A stretch of DNA of 64,000 bases, taken from sequence record OM634661.1. One strand, 5' to 3'. Both the position numbers and the translations under genes were made by a program. Positions 57,102 through 64,000 of the stretch are shown here, one piece after another. The stretch's first letter is position 1; the number at the start of each line of letters is the position of its first letter. The notes under the pieces were generated by a model. It was not told the origin of the DNA, ran no database searches, and worked only from the letters and a program-made list of their open reading frames with translations.

Positions 57102-57608
57102 TTATTCCCAGAATAATTCTAAATTGTGAAGGAAAAGAGTTTTAAACAATTCATCATCTTCAAGATTAATTAAAAAGTTGTAAAAAGGATCGGTATTAGA
57201 AGCATCATTGTCAACAAGAGCTTGTAAGAAATTTTTCATATCTGTTTTTATTTTTTCATTAAAATTTTCTGTGATATGATCCTTAATTTTTTCAGTCAGA
57301 ATATCTTCTTCGTCTTCAAGTTTAAATTTAACAATAGAATTGTTAATCTCATAAGATTTAAAATAATCTTCCAAGATACCATCTTTATTATCTGTTTCAC
57401 CAAATTGAGCGAGATGTCTTCCATTTTCTAAAGGAATCGTAGTTATTTCTGTTTTAATGACTTTAATATCCCAAGCTTTTGCAAGTTCTAAATAATCATT
57501 TCCTTCAAAACGATAGTCTTCTTGGTAATATCCAGGCCATCCTTCTCCGAATGATTTTTTATGTTTTTCAATATCTTTAAAATGTTCATATGTGTGACAA
57601 TAATCATT
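57102..57608 (-). CDS. hypothetical protein, apparently frameshifted near 57607-57610
   Basis: The frame of ORF 57102..57374 stays open for 78 more start-less codons upstream. Confidence 0.45.
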   Translation of the reverse strand, partial: NDYCHTYEHFKDIEKHKKSFGEGWPGYYQEDYRFEGNDYLELAKAWDIKVIKTEITTIPLENGRHLAQFGETDNKDGILEDYFKSYEINNSIVKFKLEDEEDILTEKIKDHITENFNEKIKTDMKNFLQALVDNDASNTDPFYNFLINLEDDELFKTLFLHNLELFWE

Positions 57609-57663
57609 TTAAGATTGTAAAACGCAACCTCTCGCTCCACTTCACGAGAACCTTCAACTTGAA

Positions 57664-57981
57664 CTATTCGGAAAAACCGAATAGTTCAAATTGATCTTTT
57701 GATTCTTTACGGATCTTTTTTAATTCTTCGTCATCAATGATAGTATTAGAAAATTTCTTAGCAGTTTCTTGTGACAAAGTGACTTCATCTAAAAGATCAA
57801 TATGTGCTTCATCACGAGATATATCAATCATTTTAAAAGCTTTATCAGTCAACCAGTCTTTCAATTTTGATTCATCACTTGCAATTTCTGGTGTGACTAA
57901 TCCAATTAACTCGTTACAAGAAAGAGTAAAGGTCACAGTTCCTTGCACAAGATTCATTTTAACTTTTTCAGACATGATCAT
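57664..57981 (-). CDS. hypothetical protein
   Basis: 105-aa ORF, RBS AAGGAG. Confidence 0.65.
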   Translation of the reverse strand: MIMSEKVKMNLVQGTVTFTLSCNELIGLVTPEIASDESKLKDWLTDKAFKMIDISRDEAHIDLLDEVTLSQETAKKFSNTIIDDEELKKIRKESKDQFELFGFSE

Positions 57982-58127
57982 TCTCCTTTATTTTCAGGAA
58001 TAATATCAACTAAATGTGGAATTCCTCCGCTTTCTTCTGTCGCTTCAATTGCATCCCTCAATGCATCTAATACAGAATCATGTTCAGAAAGCAAATGTTT
58101 ATCAATAGAATATAATCCAAACTTCAC
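57978..58127 (-). CDS. small hypothetical protein (49 aa, not in ORF track)
   Basis: RBS AAAGGAGG, GTG start; the stop overlaps the next start region. Confidence 0.6.
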   Translation of the reverse strand: MKFGLYSIDKHLLSEHDSVLDALRDAIEATEESGGIPHLVDIIPENKGE

Positions 58128-58145
58128 AATGTCACCTCCTTTAAA

Positions 58146-58235
58146 TTAAAGTGGAAAACCATTTGCGATACCAATCAAAAAAGAAATAACTGTTATTAAA
58201 ACAAATATTGTACAAAGACTAAAATAGATTTTCAA
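58146..58235 (-). CDS. 29-aa hydrophobic peptide (not in ORF track)
   Basis: TTG overlaps the spx TGA; LKIYFSLCTIFVLITVISFLIGIANGFPL. Confidence 0.4.
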   Translation of the reverse strand: MKIYFSLCTIFVLITVISFLIGIANGFPL

Positions 58236-58702
58236 GACATAATCAGCTCTTGTTCTTTAACTTTGTATTTACCAGCGGCATCTTCATGTTTTCTAGCTTG
58301 ATTCAGAATCTTATCAAAACGATCTTTTCTTTCTCTTCGAGTCATAAGAATAGGTTGAAGTAATTCCTCATTATATCCGATAGCCACTTTATTATTATGA
58401 ATAAGAATAGGTGTCTTCATCATTGTTTCTTCTGCCATTAAAGCGTAATACAGTTGTCGCATTGTCATATCTTCAAAATAGTGAGGATCTTCTTCAAGTC
58501 TTTTTTTAGCTTCTTTAGAATTAAGTGCAACTAAAGACAAAGAGTCTCCATCAATTAAAAACAAAATCTTTTTAAAGTCATCATAACTCATGTAGTTAGA
58601 AGAAAGATTGATTTTTTCAAAAGAGATGCCTTTTTGATTTAAAAGATCAAGCATCTTTTTGCATGACTGTCTAGAATTTTGAATAAATAATTTAGTTTTC
58701 AT
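58232..58702 (-). CDS. Spx/MgsR (ArsC-family) transcription regulator homologue
   Basis: KLF..SRQSCKK, DG..SL..NSK, KTPIL..K..IGYNEE align with Spx. Confidence 0.78.
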   Translation of the reverse strand: MKTKLFIQNSRQSCKKMLDLLNQKGISFEKINLSSNYMSYDDFKKILFLIDGDSLSLVALNSKEAKKRLEEDPHYFEDMTMRQLYYALMAEETMMKTPILIHNNKVAIGYNEELLQPILMTRRERKDRFDKILNQARKHEDAAGKYKVKEQELIMS

Positions 58703-58725
58703 ATTAATCTCTCCTATTGTATAAA

Positions 58726-59034
58726 TTAGCAACCATTTGCATTCAAAATACGGTCGATTTCTTCTATATGAAGAAGTCTATCAGTCATTTCAGATAAGAT
58801 AAGTTTTACTAAGGGGAAGTCATGACTTCTAGAATGTTCACGTGACATATAAACTAAAGCGATATTTGTTAATTTAGGGATAATAGCTTCTTTTGCAGGA
58901 GAATCTAAAATCAAACACTTATAAGTATCAATATCAATTGATTCATCTTTAACTATTGATATATCCATTAATGTCGAATTGTATTTTTTATAGTGATTAA
59001 AAATAGCATGTGGACTTCTATATTTTACTTTCAT
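58726..59034 (-). CDS. hypothetical protein
   Basis: 102-aa ORF, RBS AAGGAGG. Confidence 0.65.
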   Translation of the reverse strand: MKVKYRSPHAIFNHYKKYNSTLMDISIVKDESIDIDTYKCLILDSPAKEAIIPKLTNIALVYMSREHSRSHDFPLVKLILSEMTDRLLHIEEIDRILNANGC

Positions 59035-59086
59035 GAAAGAAACCTCCTTACTCTTATCATAAAAAATATTTTAGTAAATCATGATA

Positions 59087-59329
59087 TTAAGAATATCTCA
59101 TAATACATTTAACAACAAGCAAGAACAAGAACAAAATAAATGAAGCAACAATAGATATTAGAAGGGTATGGTAAGGATATAGAAATTGAATTTTTTCAAT
59201 ATAAGTATAATCAAGCATGAAGCCATAAGGAATTCCATAAATCAAAGCGACAGGAAGGACAATTAAGTAAATAAACAAGAAAAATAAAAAGCTAACAAGC
59301 AAAATATAAGAGTATTTTACATGCACCAT
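59087..59329 (-). CDS. small membrane protein (2 TM)
   Basis: 80 aa with two long hydrophobic segments; RBS AAGGAGG. Confidence 0.7.
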   Translation of the reverse strand: MVHVKYSYILLVSFLFFLFIYLIVLPVALIYGIPYGFMLDYTYIEKIQFLYPYHTLLISIVASFILFLFLLVVKCIMRYS

Positions 59330-59464
59330 TATAATTCCTCCTTAAAGAATATGGATTTATGACTTCACTATGTAAGCCTATGGATAGTCAGTCCATAGGC
59401 AAAAGTCAAATATAGTAGTCAAATATTATAACAAATCAAGAGAGAATAGAAAAAGTCACCTCCT

Positions 59465-60288
59465 TTAAGGTTGTGTCATTTTTAATTTATTGATAGTAAA
59501 AGCATCTAATATCATTTTTTTTAATTCAGGTCTATGAGAAAATTTACGGTGCACATATTCAAAAAAGTTTTCTTCTGACAAAGAACCTCTATTTATATAA
59601 ATGCTATAATAAGGTTTTTCAGTTTTTCTATAAGAAAAAAATGAAATTTATACTCATACAAATCTAGAGATGTAATGTCATACGGGCTTGATATATCGGC
59701 ATTTCTGAATCGAAATTTTTTTTCTAATTTAGCATTTCCATATATTTTAGAGCAACCTTCTAACCTTGAATTACCTAGAATGACAGCATCGCCAAAAACA
59801 TCAGATTCTTCATAAATGGAGGCAAATTCTCCTACTTTTGCATTTTCCCTAACAGTTGCATGATTAGATATAACAGCACTTGATAAAATAACTGCATGAT
59901 CAAAAACTTGAGCATAATCAAAAACTCTAGATGAACCGCTGACTTTAGCATGGCCATAAACTTTTGCATCATGAGAAATTGTGCCATAACCATAAACTCT
60001 AGCTTCATCTTTTATGATAGAACGATCAAAGACTTTAGCGTTTTGGAAAACACGAGCTTCATCTTTTATTTTTGCGTTATCACAAATCATAGCATTATCA
60101 AATACTTTTGCATCATCATAGATCCAACAATCTGCATCTTGAGATAGATTATTCTCCGATTCAACAAATCCTCCGATATCTCCTTTTTTGACATCTGCAA
60201 AATCTTTTAAAGCTTTAATTCTGTAGAGTTTAGTTCTTCCATTTTGAATTCTAATAAACCTCGTTTTTAATATTTTATATTTACGCAT
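59465..60288 (-). CDS. hexapeptide-repeat phage protein, paralogue 4, frameshifted at the T7 run (59635-59641)
   Basis: RIKALKDFADVKKGDIGGFVESENNLSQ; adding one T restores a paralogue-like C-terminus ending INKLKMTQP (about 274 aa). Confidence 0.75.
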
Positions 60289-60299
60289 ATCAATATCTC

Positions 60300-60782
60300 C
60301 TAATTAGAAAGAGTGTCTCTTACTCTATCAAGTACAACACCTAATAAATTAAGACCTTTCCACTTATCAGAGTTTTCAACATCAGGATGATTTTCATCCA
60401 TTCCAACTCCCCATATTTTATCAAAAGGACTTGCTTCAATAAATGTTTTTTGATCAGTGGATAGAATTTCCTTTCTTAATTGCGGAAGTGAAAATTTATC
60501 AAGTAAAACTTCATAATAAATATTTTCTCTTTCATGAACCCAAACATTCTCATTAAACTTAATCTCTTTGCTTCTACCGAGCTTTTTACATTCCATAGGT
60601 GTCTTAGCCCTAAGAATCTTTTGAGCGATGTGAGGAGCGTTAAAAAGCATTGCTTTTCTATACATAATGGCTTGTTCAGACCATCTAAATAGTTGTTTGT
60701 TATGAATGAAAGGTGAGTAATAAAAATTAGAATAGATATCACTTCCTTTCCAAAACAAAACGGATCTCTCTGTAATTTTCAT
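60300..60782 (-). CDS. NADAR (YbiA/RibX-like) ADP-ribose/N-glycosidase family protein
   Basis: FW..YSNFY, SEQ.IMYRKA.LF, KKLGR, KF..LR..ST, EASPFD.IWG.G, GLNLLG. Confidence 0.9.
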   Translation of the reverse strand: MKITERSVLFWKGSDIYSNFYYSPFIHNKQLFRWSEQAIMYRKAMLFNAPHIAQKILRAKTPMECKKLGRSKEIKFNENVWVHERENIYYEVLLDKFSLPQLRKEILSTDQKTFIEASPFDKIWGVGMDENHPDVENSDKWKGLNLLGVVLDRVRDTLSN

Positions 60783-60803
60783 ACTAAATCACTCCTTTTA
60801 AAT

Positions 60804-60926
60804 TTAAGATTTAGAAGTTGATTGAAGAAAGAATAATCCAAGTAAAGGAACAAAAGCATTGGTAAGATACATAGCAAACATAATCAATAAAATAATAAAG
60901 ACATTTGTAATAGCGGCTGCATACAT
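60804..60926 (-). CDS. 40-aa membrane peptide (not in ORF track)
   Basis: RBS AGGAG; MYAAAITNVFIILLIMFAMYLTNAFVPLLGLFFLQSTSKS. Confidence 0.6.
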   Translation of the reverse strand: MYAAAITNVFIILLIMFAMYLTNAFVPLLGLFFLQSTSKS

Positions 60927-60939
60927 AATTTACACTCCT

Positions 60940-61383
60940 TTAATTAAATAAATCTGGCCTAAGTTGATTTATTTTTGAATTAGGATCATTCATCAAAATA
61001 TTAAAATCACTGAAGATTTCTTGTGGAGCTTTCAGTTTCATGATAGAAAGAAGTTGAAACATAAAGGTTTTATTTAAAAGAGTTGATGATGAGACATGAT
61101 CAATTTCTTCCATTGAAGATTTAAGGATAGAAGAAAAAATGCGTCCATCAAAATGATAATTTTCTCCATGATAAAATTGATTATCTAATGTCTCAATAGC
61201 ATTTCTTGTAATTTCATAAACTTCTTTATGATTGTATTTTTTTGATAAAGATAATAAAAGATCTAATCTATATTCGGGGTCTTGATGGTAAAGATAAAGA
61301 TCCCACATAAGAATCTGAATAAGAGCAATTTCTTCTTGTTCAGTCATAGATGTTATTTCTTTAAATGATTGCATAATAAACAT
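60940..61383 (-). CDS. hypothetical protein
   Basis: 147-aa ORF. Confidence 0.65.
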   Translation of the reverse strand: MFIMQSFKEITSMTEQEEIALIQILMWDLYLYHQDPEYRLDLLLSLSKKYNHKEVYEITRNAIETLDNQFYHGENYHFDGRIFSSILKSSMEEIDHVSSSTLLNKTFMFQLLSIMKLKAPQEIFSDFNILMNDPNSKINQLRPDLFN

Positions 61384-61403
61384 CCTTTCAAATAAAAAAG
61401 ATT

Positions 61404-61652
61404 CTAATCTAAATCAATTAAGCTAAGCGGAATAAATTTCAACAGCCATTCTTTCGCTTTTTCTTTTGTTTTGAATTTAAGAGGATTGTCATCAGCATCA
61501 TGAATAAAACGTGATTCGTCATGATCAAGTTCATCAAACCACTGCGTTTCAACAATGCTAAATCTAACAGGATTAGAAGATTTGTATAATTTATAATAAA
61601 TCTGATTATCTTCTCTCATTTCTTCTAACATAGAATTAATATTTTTAGACAT
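61404..61652 (-). CDS. hypothetical protein
   Basis: 82-aa ORF, RBS AAGGAG. Confidence 0.65.
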   Translation of the reverse strand: MSKNINSMLEEMREDNQIYYKLYKSSNPVRFSIVETQWFDELDHDESRFIHDADDNPLKFKTKEKAKEWLLKFIPLSLIDLD

Positions 61653-61666
61653 AATAAAGCTCCTTT

Positions 61667-62392
61667 TTATTTGTGGAAGTAGGTTGTTACAATATTTGCA
61701 TTGGAGTCCATAATAACGGTGTTCAATTGACCACCATAAGCTGCTGCGCCATCTATACCGATCATTGTTTTATCTAAAGAAAGCCAAATATCATCTGATG
61801 CATTTTGGTGAAGAGTTCTAGTAGGGGTATGACCAAAGACAATCTTTTTAGATGTTGTATTCTTGGAATACTTCATATCTCTAGACCAAAGAAAGTCTTT
61901 TTCAGATCCATTTCTCCAATCTTCCATTCTAAGATTGACACCAGCATGTACAAAAATAATATGATCTGTTTCATGATAAAGAGGAAGATTATTTAGAAAT
62001 TGAACCTCTTCCTTTCTTTTAGATAGAATAGATTCAGCAATTTTTTCATAAGATTGAATCTTGACATATTCATTGTTAAGAAAGCTAGTGCATGTTTGAT
62101 AACCGCCATTATTAAAATACCAATCTCCTGTTTCAGTATCTGGATGTTCTAGAAAGTTAAGAAACATATCTTCATGATTGCCTTTTAAAATCAAGACTTG
62201 ATTAGGATAAGCCTTTTGAAGATTCATGCAAGCAGTAATAACTTCAAGAGAATGAAGACCTCTGTCAACCAAATCTCCTAAAATAACAAGGTTATGATTT
62301 TCAGGATTAAATTTTTCTAAAATAGATGTGAAGTGTGAGTACATTCCATGTATATCTGAAAGAATGAAGTGATGATTTTTTTCTAATGTCAT
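61667..62392 (-). CDS. PPP-family Ser/Thr protein phosphatase
   Basis: SDIHG, GDLVDRG, GNHE, FVHAG, FGHTP, IDG.A.YGG. Confidence 0.9.
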   Translation of the reverse strand: MTLEKNHHFILSDIHGMYSHFTSILEKFNPENHNLVILGDLVDRGLHSLEVITACMNLQKAYPNQVLILKGNHEDMFLNFLEHPDTETGDWYFNNGGYQTCTSFLNNEYVKIQSYEKIAESILSKRKEEVQFLNNLPLYHETDHIIFVHAGVNLRMEDWRNGSEKDFLWSRDMKYSKNTTSKKIVFGHTPTRTLHQNASDDIWLSLDKTMIGIDGAAAYGGQLNTVIMDSNANIVTTYFHK

Positions 62393-62443
62393 AAAAACTC
62401 TCCTCTTCAGTAGAATAAGAGAAGGCGCTAATTGTAGCGCCAA

Positions 62444-62833
62444 TTATTTATTGATACCTTTTACTTTTAAATTCAAAAGTGCTAATGTGTGAAGGATACC
62501 TTCTTGATAAGCATAATGTTCTTGTTCATTAAATGGAATCGAAAGATATTTATTTTTATTCCAATAACTTTGTAGAAGAAGTTTTTCGGGACTTAGTTTT
62601 TCTTCGTATCCATTAACAAGAGCCTCGAAATATTTCTTTCTATTTTCATCAGACGATTTTACAAAACGAACAACTTCTGTAATAGAAGTGAGATCAAAAC
62701 CAGAATACTTGTTACTAATTCTATAATGACCAATAAGATATTCATACTTGAAAAGAAAATCAATTCCAAAAGTTTCCTCTAAATGTTTCATAGCATTATA
62801 CACATTTTTTGGCAGCTGTACTTTATTAGACAT
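62444..62833 (-). CDS. hypothetical protein
   Basis: 129-aa ORF, RBS GGAGG. Confidence 0.7.
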   Translation of the reverse strand: MSNKVQLPKNVYNAMKHLEETFGIDFLFKYEYLIGHYRISNKYSGFDLTSITEVVRFVKSSDENRKKYFEALVNGYEEKLSPEKLLLQSYWNKNKYLSIPFNEQEHYAYQEGILHTLALLNLKVKGINK

Positions 62834-62859
62834 TGTGGTCCTCCTAATTTTTATTTACC

Positions 62860-63000
62860 TTAATAGTCCCATAAGTGATGACAGAAAGTTGAATCAATTC
62901 TGTCAAGCTCTTCTAAGACTTCTTTACGTTGTTTAGTGAGTGTTTCAAGCTCTTTACGAAGTTCTTGTTCTCGTTTAGTTAGTTCGTTAAATGTAGGCAT
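62860..63000 (-). CDS. 46-aa coiled-coil protein (not in ORF track)
   Basis: RBS AAGGGGAG; MPTFNELTKREQELRKELETL... Confidence 0.6.
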   Translation of the reverse strand: MPTFNELTKREQELRKELETLTKQRKEVLEELDRIDSTFCHHLWDY

Positions 63001-63027
63001 ATCACATTCTCCCTTTTATTATGATTC

Positions 63028-63996
63028 CTAATTTTTATCACGAAATGATGCTATTCTCTCAAGCTGAGAATCTATTGTGATATTATTTCTACACATAACA
63101 TCAGTAATAAGAATATATCCTTTTGTTACCACTTGATTCTTTACATGTAAACCATTACTTATTTGAGAAGAGGTTAATCCTAACTCATCCTTAATCTCTT
63201 TACGAGATGTAAAGCGTTTAAGATACTTACCGTCCTTATAGTAGACATCAATCCACTGTACACGATTCTGAGCCTTCTGAGCGATATTTTTAATAAGCTC
63301 ATCAGTGTAATCTTTCTTACGAACAAATACCTTGTTGTCGAAGCAGATCTTTTTTTTAGTAGCTACTGCTACCGATTGTTGTACTGTTTTAACGTTAGTA
63401 TTCAGGATACCCGCATCAACAACATGTTTGGAGGATTCATATTCTCCAATTAATTCAAATGTGTCCTTATCAAAGACTAGAATATTATCTGCATCAATAG
63501 GATACTTAGTGCAAAACATCTGTACAATTTGATCAGAACATTCTTCTAAATAAGACCATGAGTTAATACCAATATTTGATACAGTTGCTAATGTACAATT
63601 AAAATAATCAGCAACTTCTTTTAATGGTGCAGCACTATTCTTCTTAATAGATAAAATACGGCGAGCTGTTAATTCTGTTATACGAGATGATGTTGAGCCT
63701 TCACCCTTACCAAAGGAAGCTCCACCACCATTCATGTTATAGCCATTGTGATATGAATCATAATGGCTAATCCAATACATTTCTCTTTCGTTTAAATCAT
63801 CTTTGCAGCATTCCTCTAATACAACGAAATCAAATGCATCTACACCATACTTATTAATGGCTCTGTGGATTAAATAATTCTGCTCAACGTGTTTTGAATC
63901 TGCACGATGACGAATCATTCTACGGTTGTAGTTAGTTGTTTGTCCAATATAGGCTTTTTTGCTTTCCTTATGTTGAATCATGTAAATGCAAATCAT
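63028..63996 (-). CDS. GIY-YIG homing endonuclease
   Basis: CIYMI..AYIGQT..R..H..AINKYG..E..WI..GYN; C-terminal repeated DNA-binding-like modules. Confidence 0.88.
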   Translation of the reverse strand: MICIYMIQHKESKKAYIGQTTNYNRRMIRHRADSKHVEQNYLIHRAINKYGVDAFDFVVLEECCKDDLNEREMYWISHYDSYHNGYNMNGGGASFGKGEGSTSSRITELTARRILSIKKNSAAPLKEVADYFNCTLATVSNIGINSWSYLEECSDQIVQMFCTKYPIDADNILVFDKDTFELIGEYESSKHVVDAGILNTNVKTVQQSVAVATKKKICFDNKVFVRKKDYTDELIKNIAQKAQNRVQWIDVYYKDGKYLKRFTSRKEIKDELGLTSSQISNGLHVKNQVVTKGYILITDVMCRNNITIDSQLERIASFRDKN

Positions 63997-64000
63997 ATTA

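Noticed and set aside
752-63532. All plus-strand ORFs and the short nested minus-strand ORFs in the track
   Set aside because: They lie antisense to or inside well-supported genes, lack RBSs and have shadow-like composition.
63028-63996. GIY-YIG gene as intron-encoded
   Set aside because: The stop is followed within about 30 nt by a new RBS and ORF, with no intron core. The upstream context is outside the window.

Overview
AT-rich, gene-dense window with essentially all genes on the minus strand. It is most consistent with the replication, nucleotide-metabolism and accessory region of a large Bacillus phage, prophage or phage-plasmid; the NrdE/NrdF/NrdI proteins look like B. subtilis-group class Ib enzymes, and RBSs (AAGGAGG) and sigmaA promoters are Firmicute-type. 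No virion, tRNA or CRISPR genes were seen. Core content: dnaG (cut by the window edge), pcrA, recA, ssb, dnaE (interrupted by a 999-nt group I intron encoding an HNH-type endonuclease), thyA, dfrA, nrdI/E/F with tandem NrdR boxes, a MazG-like pyrophosphatase and a 5'-nucleotidase. Likely counter-defence and host-takeover content: a Prs-like plus Nampt-like pair (NARP1-type NAD+ reconstitution), NADAR, a sirtuin, a Mesh1-like HD hydrolase, RNA repair genes (Rnl1 ligase, PNK-HD, RlaP-like and CCA-like nucleotidyltransferases), a sigma factor, a Spx homologue lacking its CxxC, YyaC and a subtilase. The outstanding locus is 43.6-49.7 kb: a complete PRTRC-type ubiquitin-like conjugation cassette (E1/ThiF, JAB, E2-D and two unknown genes). 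Its modifier is encoded as a head-to-tail tetra-ubiquitin-like precursor (4 x 57 aa ending GVKG, near-identical in protein but synonymously diverged in DNA) and capped by the heptapeptide MPRIVVK. The same heptapeptide is encoded again, 11.8 kb away, as a stand-alone minigene with a perfect RBS and a downstream terminator. Several single-base frameshifts in otherwise intact genes may be sequencing indels. All family calls come from motif recognition by eye; no database search was run.
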